Source: a virus. Taken from it: a stretch of DNA of 64,000 nt. Location of the stretch: the IMG/VR virus record IMGVR_UViG_3300023181_000026, positions 67,612-131,611 of that record. The stretch is one strand, 5' to 3'. Under the pieces are notes generated by a model. That model was not told the origin of the DNA, ran no database searches, and saw only the letters and a program-made list of their open reading frames with translations. A program made the translations under genes and the position numbers. Of this stretch, positions 37,404 through 46,432 are shown one piece after another (the stretch's first letter is position 1; each line of letters opens with the position of its first letter).

Positions 37404-37439
37404 CTATCTTTGTACATAGAACTATAAAACCTTGTATAA
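37404..37439 (+). promoter_or_regulatory. -7 element overlapping operator-like repeat 1
   Basis: TATCTTTG 37404-11 abutting TACATAGAACTA-N7-TTGTATAA 37413-39. Confidence 0.6.
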
Positions 37440-37441
37440 AA

Positions 37442-37738
37442 ATGGCATACTTTATTACACAAAAAGACAATGGGAAGACTTATATCATAATAGATAAAAC
37501 GTCTTTAGCGGGCTTATTAGGAGTACACAGACACACAATAACCAATTGGTTTAAACCTAATGAGGAAGGAATCGCCGCAAAACAAAAAGAAACAGATAAA
37601 TTTACTGTAATAAAAGCAGATGAATACATACAACCTATAAAAAGTAGTGGTAATAGAGATAGTAAAGAAGACAAACATAGAAAGATTATAGGGGAATTAG
37701 AATGTAAATACCCTAAAAAGAATAGAAAAAGACGTTAA
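37442..37738 (+). CDS. Small HTH DNA-binding protein
   Basis: KTSLAGLLGVHRHTITNWFK helix-turn-helix. Confidence 0.75.
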   Translation: MAYFITQKDNGKTYIIIDKTSLAGLLGVHRHTITNWFKPNEEGIAAKQKETDKFTVIKADEYIQPIKSSGNRDSKEDKHRKIIGELECKYPKKNRKRR

Positions 37739-37768
37739 TTATACATAGAACTAAGAACCATTGTATAA
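37739..37768 (+). repeat. Operator-like repeat 2
   Basis: TTATACATAGAACTA-N7-TTGTATAA; 7-bp inverted arms TTATACA/TGTATAA. Confidence 0.65.
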
Positions 37769-38096
37769 TAATTCATAAGTGATGGGATAAGGGGAGGACA
37801 ACATTGACCCCACCCCTCACAAGTTTTCAGCCCTTAGTATTCCTAATTAAAATATACCGATTGGTATATAATATTATCTTAAGTGTTGGACTATTCACAT
37901 ATATACTTATGTAAGTGCTTTGTTTATAGGGGGTTATAATAATTCTTAATTGACAGAATTATCGTTTATCGATAATAATATTAGAAGACTACCCACCCCA
38001 AACAAAAGCCTACCACTACCAACCAGTTGAAAAACGGCACTCAAAACAAACCAATTCCGCATTCTTTCTTTAATTAATTCTTAATATTTATACAGT

Positions 38097-38324
38097 ATGG
38101 CAATTACACTAAAAACTAATGAAGGCTTAAATAACAGCCAATCTTATAGAACCATTGAACAGACTTTAAGAGAAATAGATTTCAATAAAAGGCTTGCTGA
38201 CATATGTTCTACTTCTAATAGGGAGTATGCAGATATAGATCTTTCTAATTTTCTTTCTTATGTTGTAACTCATTATAGAAATAGAAGGATGCAGGATTTT
38301 GGAGAAAGTTTTTTCAGTCTTTAG
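38097..38324 (+). CDS. Hypothetical protein
   Basis: Co-directional ORF. Confidence 0.6.
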   Translation: MAITLKTNEGLNNSQSYRTIEQTLREIDFNKRLADICSTSNREYADIDLSNFLSYVVTHYRNRRMQDFGESFFSL

Positions 38325-38366
38325 ATTTCTGTTTAATTCTTTTTTCCGCGCCAAATTTGAAATCAA

Positions 38367-38430
38367 GGCATTAGTAGGTTTACACTCTGAAATAATAAAG
38401 GGTTCGTGTTCGATTCTGATAATGCCGCAA
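38367..38430 (+). ncRNA. Degenerate tRNA-like element (no D-arm, no CCA)
   Basis: 7-bp GGCATTA/TAATGCC stem, GTTCGATTC T-loop, 5-bp ACTCT/AGGGT stem. Confidence 0.45.
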
Positions 38431-38788
38431 AAAATAAACCTTAAACACTATGGAAAACATATTAAAAAGTAAATTATGATACCAACAAACACTTTAGCAA
38501 ACAGGTATTTATATGAAATTGAAAACAAAATTGTGAATGTTCACCAATGTATTCTTAATGAATACGGCGATATAGTTGTAACCAATGTAGAAGATGATTA
38601 CTATTCCTTTACTAGATTATATTACTTTTGTTTTTAACAGTTGTAAATAAGGTTTTTTCATTTTCTTTTCGCGGCGGACATGAAAATGAAACTGATAAAA
38701 CACTTGAGAATACTAAAATAAAGCTCTCTAATCAATTAATTACTAACTTTGGTATAAGACTATACCTTAACTAAAAATAAACACTAAA

Positions 38789-39016
38789 ATGAACTCATTT
38801 AAAGAAACACAAGAAAAATATAAAAATGCTGACCTAGATACTTTATTAGAACTAATTCAGGTTGAAGAAGTGGCACAATTAGAAATAGGCTTACCAATTT
38901 ACTTTGACAAATGGTACACAGTTAGTACAGATTTAGGTATAATAGCTTACTTCGGAAATGAAATGGATGCTTGCAGTTTTAGACTTAATTATATTAACAG
39001 GATACTAAATACTTAA
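38789..39016 (+). CDS. Hypothetical protein
   Basis: Co-directional ORF. Confidence 0.65.
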   Translation: MNSFKETQEKYKNADLDTLLELIQVEEVAQLEIGLPIYFDKWYTVSTDLGIIAYFGNEMDACSFRLNYINRILNT

Positions 39017-39133
39017 AAACTATGGAAACAATATTTCACTATTACGTAGAAGTCAGAGATAAAGAAGGAAACCATTTTCAAGATTTCGAGGGAAATAAAA
39101 TGAAAAAAGATTTTTAAAACACACTTAGAAATT

Positions 39134-39394
39134 ATGAAAACATATCAAGGTAATCCAATATTACAAATTAAAGAAAAAGTAAGTGAAGGTAATTTAGTTC
39201 CTTTCGGTCTTTATAGGGATAGATTTCCTGATAATGGTTGGGGAGAATTGTCTTGGATTAATCTTTCTGCCGCCAATCACAAAGAAGAAGACAGTCAAGA
39301 ACTGAAAATAAAACTTCTTGAAGATTTGGCTTATGCTTTTGGGACAGATACTGTAGAATTTAATAGGCAATTAATTGAACATAATTTAATATGA
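39134..39394 (+). CDS. Hypothetical protein
   Basis: Co-directional ORF. Confidence 0.65.
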   Translation: MKTYQGNPILQIKEKVSEGNLVPFGLYRDRFPDNGWGELSWINLSAANHKEEDSQELKIKLLEDLAYAFGTDTVEFNRQLIEHNLI

Positions 39395-39705
39395 AAAATA
39401 AAGAACTTAGAATAATACAGAATAAAATTGATTTAGAATGGCGTAAAACCTGCACAACATATTCAGAAGCCAGTAATAGAGCAGATAGAATTTCAAGGTT
39501 AGAAAAACAAAAAGAAAAGTTTTATGACAGATAAACAATTTAATGAACTTATTACATTTATAGCAATAGGCTTTTCAGTTTTAGTGATTTTAATAGGTGT
39601 ATCAACGGCGGCTATAATTAGAAACATTCCGCAAGAAAAAGAGCCTATAGAATCTCATAAAGTAAGTACAACAGTAGAAACAGATAACTTAACATTTGAA
39701 TAAAG

Positions 39706-40011
39706 ATGATATTTATAGCACTTTCAATAGTAATGATAGTAATAGGATCAATCCTTTTTCTGGCGGGATTTATAACTAAGAAACTAAATTACTGGACGAT
39801 AGGATCCTGCCTTTTGTTTATTTCGCTGCCATGTATTATAATTTCTGTAAATGCATATAAGGCTCTACCCGAAATAGAAAACAACTTCCTTTACAAACTT
39901 GATCCGAAACAAGAATACTATCTTATAGAGAATAATAATGGCGGTTCAAAAAGATTAGATACAGTTCCTTACGGACATTTAGAAGAATATATAGCAACAG
40001 ATAATTTATAG
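39706..40011 (+). CDS. Membrane protein
   Basis: Two N-terminal TM segments. Confidence 0.65.
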   Translation: MIFIALSIVMIVIGSILFLAGFITKKLNYWTIGSCLLFISLPCIIISVNAYKALPEIENNFLYKLDPKQEYYLIENNNGGSKRLDTVPYGHLEEYIATDNL

Positions 40012-40016
40012 AAATT

Positions 40017-40208
40017 ATGGTAACAATAAACTTTAACGGAGGAATTTTTGAAGTAACTTCTTTTGATTCAGATGGATGCATCGAAGAAATACTTAGGTCA
40101 ACACAACCTAAAATTAAAGTATCTGTTTTTCAAAGAGAAGGTGAATTAAAAATACATGGTTGGAAAAATTATCAACCTTTTACAATAATAGTTAATGGCG
40201 GCAATTGA
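40017..40208 (+). CDS. Hypothetical protein
   Basis: Co-directional ORF. Confidence 0.6.
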   Translation: MVTINFNGGIFEVTSFDSDGCIEEILRSTQPKIKVSVFQREGELKIHGWKNYQPFTIIVNGGN

Positions 40209-40890
40209 TACTATTAGAAACATGGATAACCACGAACTACTGAACTACTATTATTATTGCGTAGTAAAAAGATTGGAGTATTTAAAACTAAGAGGCTTTA
40301 TAGAAAGTTTTCACCCTGAATATAGACATAATCGAATATATGTAGGTAAAGCAAATATGCCACAATTACATTGTCCAAATGAAATGTTTTTATTGTCGGA
40401 AATGTGGGATAGATTTATTAACAGCTCGTTTATGGAACAATGTTGGTGGAAAACAAAAAATCCGTGGGCTACAAAGATAGGATACTTAACACTGACAGAA
40501 GAAAACATAAAGCCAATTATAATAAATCTTCCCAAAAAAGATGTTTATATTACTTACAATGACAAGCAATATAAATATATAGGGTCGGGAAGTAAAAGAA
40601 GAACATATTTATCGCCTTGCGAGACTTTTGTTATAAAAATACCTTACGTTACTAATTTGGGTTATGAAGAAAACAAAAGAGAATTTGAAATGTATAAACA
40701 AAATCCTAATTCAATATATGCTAAATGTAATTTATTAGAGGATGGTTTTTTGAAAATGGAATATGTAGAACCTTTATTTTTAACTAAAGATGACAATTAC
40801 CCTGATTGGGTAAATGATATAGCAGAGGCACAGGTAGGGTATAATTTACAGGGTAAGTTAGTAGCTTATGATTATGGTTCAGATATTTAA
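40195..40890 (+). CDS. Protein with C-terminal minimal protein-kinase-like domain
   Basis: IGSGSKR Gly-loop, FVIKIP Lys, REFE, LKMEYV hinge, NDIAEAQVG, LVAYDYG. Confidence 0.6.
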   Translation: MAAIDTIRNMDNHELLNYYYYCVVKRLEYLKLRGFIESFHPEYRHNRIYVGKANMPQLHCPNEMFLLSEMWDRFINSSFMEQCWWKTKNPWATKIGYLTLTEENIKPIIINLPKKDVYITYNDKQYKYIGSGSKRRTYLSPCETFVIKIPYVTNLGYEENKREFEMYKQNPNSIYAKCNLLEDGFLKMEYVEPLFLTKDDNYPDWVNDIAEAQVGYNLQGKLVAYDYGSDI

Positions 40891-40923
40891 AACCTAAAAA
40901 AACAAACAAATAACTTATAAATT

Positions 40924-41148
40924 ATGGAAGATTTTAAAGAAAGAATAAAGTATATTAAGGTAAATTCAGGTAGAGTTATAGGGAAGCTAACAAATTATCC
41001 TATAGCCTGTCAAGCAGATAACTTAGAGATGTTGCAAGAAAGACTTTCTGTCATGCTTCAATCTTATATTAATTTCGCGCAAAAAGAAATTGATAACAAA
41101 AACTTTGAAGTTCAAGAAGTTGAATATGAAGATTGGTTAAAATTATGA
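40924..41148 (+). CDS. Hypothetical protein
   Basis: Co-directional ORF. Confidence 0.6.
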   Translation: MEDFKERIKYIKVNSGRVIGKLTNYPIACQADNLEMLQERLSVMLQSYINFAQKEIDNKNFEVQEVEYEDWLKL

Positions 41149-41354
41149 AAGCAGTTTTTAATACAATACAAGCAGAAGATTTTATAGAATCATTAGAGGA
41201 ATTTATAGAAGCGGTAATAGAATTTAAAAAAGAATATGACGGTTATAATGCTAATAATAGATTTTCATATCCAAAATACGAGGAAGATAAAGTTAGCAAC
41301 TTTAAGGACAAACTAGTTAATATGTTAAGGAGTAATACTTTTGAATCAGAATAA
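41133..41354 (+). CDS. Hypothetical protein
   Basis: Co-directional ORF. Confidence 0.6.
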   Translation: MVKIMKAVFNTIQAEDFIESLEEFIEAVIEFKKEYDGYNANNRFSYPKYEEDKVSNFKDKLVNMLRSNTFESE

Positions 41355-41356
41355 TT

Positions 41357-41779
41357 ATGAAAACAATACTAATATCACTTTTAAGCCTCTTATTTTTATC
41401 TTGCGGCGAAGAATATAATCAATATAAAAACGGGCAAGAAACAGGAAGTAAAATCTGGGAAAATAGAAAACCAACAGAATTAGAAGGACTTTATAGCAAC
41501 TCAGAAGGAAGTATAATATTTATGAGTGACAGAGTAAGTATAAATACTCCAAATCATTATCATGAATTTAAATATTTTGAATACATGAATGCTCTAATAT
41601 ATTGTAACGAAGAAATCACTGATTGGTATATTAGAGTAAATGATAATGAGTATAGATTTAATGTTGATAAAGAGGTTACTATATTCTATTTCAAAAGAGA
41701 TAAGGATAAAGTCTTTACTAGAGTAGGAGTATTTTATAAAGAAATGCAATTTGAACAAACCCCAATAATAGAGAATTAA
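41357..41779 (+). CDS. Lipoprotein
   Basis: MKTILISLLSLLFLSC signal peptide II/lipobox. Confidence 0.7.
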   Translation: MKTILISLLSLLFLSCGEEYNQYKNGQETGSKIWENRKPTELEGLYSNSEGSIIFMSDRVSINTPNHYHEFKYFEYMNALIYCNEEITDWYIRVNDNEYRFNVDKEVTIFYFKRDKDKVFTRVGVFYKEMQFEQTPIIEN

Positions 41780-41781
41780 TT

Positions 41782-42123
41782 ATGAAAACACCACAAGAAA
41801 AAGCAACAGCTTTATATAATATGTTCTACAATTCCATCTCTAACTATGGACAATGTGAGACGGAAAGAGAAGCGGATGCAATAAAACAAGCTATAGATTG
41901 TGTAGATGAAATACAAGACGCCTTGGAAGAACAAGGTCTAATAACACATTCTAACCAGGAGTATTATAATCAGATAAGATATATACTATCTAACTTTAAT
42001 AAAGAGGAGTGTTGGGGCGAAGTTTTTGATAAATTTCAAACAGAGAAGGATATAGATACAATGGTTTTAGAAGAGGGCTTAGAAGAATGGTTAAATGAAA
42101 GATATGAAATCAAAGAAAAATAG
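41782..42123 (+). CDS. Hypothetical protein
   Basis: MKTPQEKA start shared with the ORF at 45025. Confidence 0.65.
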   Translation: MKTPQEKATALYNMFYNSISNYGQCETEREADAIKQAIDCVDEIQDALEEQGLITHSNQEYYNQIRYILSNFNKEECWGEVFDKFQTEKDIDTMVLEEGLEEWLNERYEIKEK

Positions 42124-42212
42124 TTTAGGAAAAGAAGGTTTATTCTACTTAGTAATGATAGTTATAACTTTATTTTGTATTTCAGTTTTATTAATCTCTT
42201 TTTGCGCGAAAA

Positions 42213-42404
42213 ATGGCTAAATCAGAACTTTATAAAGGAGTTTACCACGCATATAAAAAACATGGTAAAGAAGATGAAAGGTGGAGATGTGTTTTAGATG
42301 GTTTAACAACTTATCATAACACAGAAAGAGAAGCAGCAATAGCATTTGATAAGAAATTGATTAATAAAGGCAAAGAGCCTGTAAATGTTTTAATAAGAAA
42401 ATAA
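42213..42404 (+). CDS. Stand-alone AP2-like DNA-binding domain protein
   Basis: YKGVY...RWRC...TEREAAIAFDK. Confidence 0.6.
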   Translation: MAKSELYKGVYHAYKKHGKEDERWRCVLDGLTTYHNTEREAAIAFDKKLINKGKEPVNVLIRK

Positions 42405-42406
42405 CT

Positions 42407-42886
42407 ATGAAAATAACAGCAAAGTACTCAGTTTTATCCTATGATGGCAAAAAGGGCTTTATAAAAGATACTTACGAGTGCCCCGACTTTAAAGACATAG
42501 AAAATAGTTTAGAGATTCAAGGTAAAGTGCACAAATCAATATACACTGCAATACAACAAGCGGATGAATGGTTATCTGATATTGATAAGGCTGATTTTAT
42601 GGAAGATAATGATATACATATGATTTTTGATTGGAGTATTATATCCGCCATAAAAGAAGATACACAATTAATCCCTTCAAAAGTTAAAATATCGAAAAAA
42701 GAGGGGGTATATTTGTGGTTAACCCACTTAAGTGGGTTTGGAGAAGATTTTCAAAATGAGTTTAGAGCTGTTTATACAAAACTATATCCTAAAATAAAGA
42801 ATCTTAAATTGGATAAACAAATATCAATGACTCTAAGTGGTATTGATTTAGCGTGTACAGCGGCGGAGTGGCTTATCAAAGTATAA
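42407..42886 (+). CDS. Hypothetical protein
   Basis: Co-directional ORF. Confidence 0.65.
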   Translation: MKITAKYSVLSYDGKKGFIKDTYECPDFKDIENSLEIQGKVHKSIYTAIQQADEWLSDIDKADFMEDNDIHMIFDWSIISAIKEDTQLIPSKVKISKKEGVYLWLTHLSGFGEDFQNEFRAVYTKLYPKIKNLKLDKQISMTLSGIDLACTAAEWLIKV

Positions 42887-42948
42887 CAGATATCCTAAAC
42901 GGCAGTAAAAGATTGGAAAATGTAAAAATAGAGGAAAAATTATAAGCC

Positions 42949-43269
42949 ATGAAAAAGACAATTAGAGAGTATTTTAGTATAGAAGATTTAGATGGAATGG
43001 CAGTAGATGAAATGATAACTTATTTAAAATCCTTTAAAGAAAAACTTATAGAAAAAGGAATGTCAACAGCTAAATATTCTTTTGACAAATGTTGGGAATG
43101 CGGATCAGACTGTATTGGTTCAGAATTTATTTTAGAAAGAGATGAAACTGAAGAAGAAATACAGGAAAGACTTGCTGCGCAACAAAAAGAATTTGAGGAG
43201 TTTAATAAAAGAATCCAAGCAAAAGAAATCGCCGAACTAAAAAGACTGAAAGAGAAATATGAGAAATAA
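42949..43269 (+). CDS. Hypothetical protein
   Basis: Co-directional ORF, coiled C-terminus. Confidence 0.65.
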   Translation: MKKTIREYFSIEDLDGMAVDEMITYLKSFKEKLIEKGMSTAKYSFDKCWECGSDCIGSEFILERDETEEEIQERLAAQQKEFEEFNKRIQAKEIAELKRLKEKYEK

Positions 43270-43434
43270 AACAATGAGAATAGAATTTATCGGACGTAAA
43301 AAGACTAACAGAATGGAAGATTTTAATTACTATATCTCCCAGGTTGTAGCAGCAAATGACTTAGGAGATGCAATTCTAGAGTTAGAAAAGAAATATGTAG
43401 TAGTAGAAGTATTAAATAGCTAAAAATAAAGAGT

Positions 43435-43617
43435 ATGGAACCATTAGAAAGACTTAAAGAGTTATATAAACTCCAAATAAAAAGCGAGTTTACACCATCT
43501 TATAAAAAGAATAGAGCAAGATATTTAACTTCCAGAGAGTTTGCTTTAGATTGTGAATTAGTCAGATTCAATCAAATAGATTTTATGGAATATGAAGAAG
43601 ATAATAGAAATGGTTAA
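43435..43617 (+). CDS. Hypothetical protein
   Basis: Co-directional ORF. Confidence 0.55.
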   Translation: MEPLERLKELYKLQIKSEFTPSYKKNRARYLTSREFALDCELVRFNQIDFMEYEEDNRNG

Positions 43618-43620
43618 GTC

Positions 43621-43815
43621 ATGAACATCAAGCAATTACTTGAATTTTCGCGCGAAAAATATAAAAACACAACTGTAAAAAACTTTCAAGGAAATCAGGT
43701 AAAAGTTATAGGAGAGATTAAATACAATAGTAAATTAAAAACAATAAGCTGTCTTTCTACTTGTTTAGCTAAGATTAATATCGATGAAGTAGAATGGGTG
43801 AGCGTAATAGAATAA
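43621..43815 (+). CDS. Hypothetical protein
   Basis: Co-directional ORF. Confidence 0.55.
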   Translation: MNIKQLLEFSREKYKNTTVKNFQGNQVKVIGEIKYNSKLKTISCLSTCLAKINIDEVEWVSVIE

Positions 43816-43819
43816 AATT

Positions 43820-44053
43820 ATGAAACATACATTAACAGATCCGCTTATATTAAGCGATACAAAATATGGGTATAAAGTAAACAAACCTTTACAATATGGT
43901 CAACAGAGTTTAGTTTCCTTACAGGTTGCAGAAGAAATAATTGGTGCGCTGAACGATGTTTTAGCTAATACTGCATGGAATAACATAGAAAAAAATTCTT
44001 TAACCAATGCCCAAGAAGTGCTTAGAAAATATAAGAACCATGATAACATTTAA
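43820..44053 (+). CDS. Hypothetical protein
   Basis: Co-directional ORF. Confidence 0.6.
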   Translation: MKHTLTDPLILSDTKYGYKVNKPLQYGQQSLVSLQVAEEIIGALNDVLANTAWNNIEKNSLTNAQEVLRKYKNHDNI

Positions 44054-44204
44054 GACTAAATCTCTAACAGATAAGGATATAGACACAGGAGTTTATACAA
44101 CCATGTTTCTATCTTTTGAGCGCGCCATAGAAAATGAACAGATAAAAGAAAAAGTTTTAGGGTATAAAGTAACAGAACAAGGAATAGTAATTATATTAGA
44201 ATGA
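44007..44204 (+). CDS. Hypothetical protein (start probably ~44040)
   Basis: Co-directional ORF. Confidence 0.5.
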   Translation: MPKKCLENIRTMITFKTKSLTDKDIDTGVYTTMFLSFERAIENEQIKEKVLGYKVTEQGIVIILE

Positions 44205-44622
44205 CGATATTTTTATCAGTTTTGTTATTATTTCTTATTTGTGCCGCACAAATTAAAGCACAAGAGCATAAAATAGCGTATTGGTATGACGCAATAAATT
44301 CAGAACAGAAACAGGCATAAAAGTAAGACTGTATAATATAAACGCGCCAGAAAAAGGAGAACCTAAGAGTTATGAAGCAATTCAATTCATGAGACAATTC
44401 AAAAAAGTAACAATAAAACTAGTAGACTTTGATAAATATGGAAGACAAGTTTGTAAAGTATATTATAAAGGTAAAGATTTAAGTTTACTCTTAGTACAAA
44501 AAGGATATGCTCAGATTTATTGGAAGTATTTTGATGGTAATGAATCTTTTTTGAAACGAAGTTCCTTCACAGCCCAAAATAAATGTAAGAAATTAAACTA
44601 TGAAAAGTATAGAAGAAATTAA
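44201..44622 (+). pseudogene. Frameshifted secreted thermonuclease (SNase-like)
   Basis: Three frames join: signal peptide+YWYDA / ETGIKVRLYNI / APEKGEP...DKYGR...LVQKGYA. Confidence 0.75.
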
Positions 44623-44872
44623 AAACGAGGTTGCTGTAAACAATGGCTTTGTTGATTGGAGAGCTGTTATGTTTTATCATAAACAATCGCTAAATACAGA
44701 AGAGTTTTCAGAAATAGTAGATCAGGTAGCATATGAACACGCACAACAATGCTGCGATGAACAAATACGTGAATGCAAGGAAGGGATAATCTTAAGCATT
44801 AGCAATATAACATACAGACGTAAAGCCGCTAATATTGTAGCGAACACCCCTAACGTAGTAACAACAAAGTAA
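44600..44872 (+). CDS. Hypothetical protein
   Basis: Co-directional ORF. Confidence 0.65.
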   Translation: MKSIEEIKNEVAVNNGFVDWRAVMFYHKQSLNTEEFSEIVDQVAYEHAQQCCDEQIRECKEGIILSISNITYRRKAANIVANTPNVVTTK

Positions 44873-45024
44873 AATGGAAAATAAAATAAAATGTTCAGGT
44901 AACTGTAAAGAGCATTCCGATATAGTAAAAAAAGTCTATGTTTTTGGATGGGGTTATTTTAATTATTGTAAAAATGCAATTGAAACGGATATTAATAAGG
45001 GTTTAATAGTAACAGAATAAAATT

Positions 45025-45243
45025 ATGACACCAAAAGAAAAAGCAATAGAATTAGCAGAAAGTCTTCACAGTATTAATAATTCTGACGGTCTAATGGATA
45101 ATGTAGAACTTATTTGTAAGACAGTTATTGATACTCTTGAAAGTGTTGTAGGCTCTCAAAGGTATGTAAGGACACAACATGAAAATGATACTTTAGATTT
45201 TTGGGAAAAAGTGGCTATAGAGGCAAAAAAACTTAAATTTTAA
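45025..45243 (+). CDS. Hypothetical protein
   Basis: MTPKEKA start. Confidence 0.65.
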   Translation: MTPKEKAIELAESLHSINNSDGLMDNVELICKTVIDTLESVVGSQRYVRTQHENDTLDFWEKVAIEAKKLKF

Positions 45244-45246
45244 ATT

Positions 45247-45480
45247 ATGGAACGCATACTATCAATTTCTAAATCGACGGGGAAAGGTCAACAACCAAAA
45301 CTAGAAATAAAAATAACAGGAGATCAATGGGCTATAGTACATCTATGGGGCTCTACTTATTATACAGAAGTGAGTGATAATATTCCTAAGAGTTCTATCC
45401 GTTCTTTAGCTTTAGACTTTTTCCGCCAAAAAAATGTGGAAAAATATGTTAACATGGAGTTAAAAACTGTATTTGAGTAG
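45247..45480 (+). CDS. Hypothetical protein
   Basis: Co-directional ORF. Confidence 0.6.
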   Translation: MERILSISKSTGKGQQPKLEIKITGDQWAIVHLWGSTYYTEVSDNIPKSSIRSLALDFFRQKNVEKYVNMELKTVFE

Positions 45481-45766
45481 TAATAAAACACTAAATTTGC
45501 TAACAAGAATTAAAATTATGAAAATAACAATAGGAAATATATTTACAAGCCTTCTGTTTATACTATGGCTTATATGGACGGTTTATGTGTTCAAAAGATT
45601 TTTTAAATATCACATAAAAAATTTGACAAAAGACACTCCTCCAGTAACATTCATAGAAGCTCTTTGGTGGTTGATAAATATATTTGTTCCAATAGGTGTT
45701 TTAGTTTGTTGGATAATTATAAAAATTATAGAGTTTGTTAGTATTAATTGGGATAAAAGTATTTAA
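45473..45766 (+). CDS. Membrane protein (start probably 45518)
   Basis: Two TM segments. Confidence 0.6.
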   Translation: MSSNKTLNLLTRIKIMKITIGNIFTSLLFILWLIWTVYVFKRFFKYHIKNLTKDTPPVTFIEALWWLINIFVPIGVLVCWIIIKIIEFVSINWDKSI

Positions 45767-46085
45767 AATGAAAACAAATGTTTATTTAGGAATTGCTATT
45801 AGAATAATAGTTTTATTTGTAGTGGGGATGATATCTACATTTATTCCAAACCAACTAAGAGACTTCTTTGGAGACACTCCATTTAAAACAATAACTGTAG
45901 ACAGCTCTATTTATAGTTATTCAATAAACAATGATGGCAGTATTGATCAAAATTGGATATGGGGAGCAAGACACTATTGGTATTTTAACATGATGCTTCT
46001 TTTATTTTTGTTGTCATTATTAAATGTAATAGTTTCAATAAGAAATTTAGTTTTAAAGAATTATCCTGAAAGTTTTAAAAAATAG
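45735..46085 (+). CDS. Membrane protein (start probably 45768)
   Basis: Two TM segments. Confidence 0.65.
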   Translation: MLVLIGIKVFKMKTNVYLGIAIRIIVLFVVGMISTFIPNQLRDFFGDTPFKTITVDSSIYSYSINNDGSIDQNWIWGARHYWYFNMMLLLFLLSLLNVIVSIRNLVLKNYPESFKK

Positions 46086-46093
46086 ATAAAAAT

Positions 46094-46417
46094 ATGAAAA
46101 AAGTTTTATTAATAATAGCAATAGCGGGTTCATTAATTTCATGTGAGTCGCCCAAAGATGAATATTACACAGCAACTAAACATGTATGTAATTGTCAAGA
46201 AATAGAAAAATTACAAGCTTTTATGAACAGTAAAGTTATTAAGGCTTCTAATAATATGTCTGATGAAGAGATGGAAGATGTAATAGCAGAATTAAGAAGA
46301 ACTGCTATAGAAATATATTGTCCTCAAAGACCTGTTCCTCACATTAGAAAAGCAGGAGAAAGGTGGGGAGAAATAGACTTCACTAAAGTAGATTCTTGTC
46401 AATTTATAATGTATTAG
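46094..46417 (+). CDS. Lipoprotein
   Basis: MKKVLLIIAIAGSLISC lipobox. Confidence 0.7.
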   Translation: MKKVLLIIAIAGSLISCESPKDEYYTATKHVCNCQEIEKLQAFMNSKVIKASNNMSDEEMEDVIAELRRTAIEIYCPQRPVPHIRKAGERWGEIDFTKVDSCQFIMY

Positions 46418-46432
46418 AAAATTAAATAAAAT

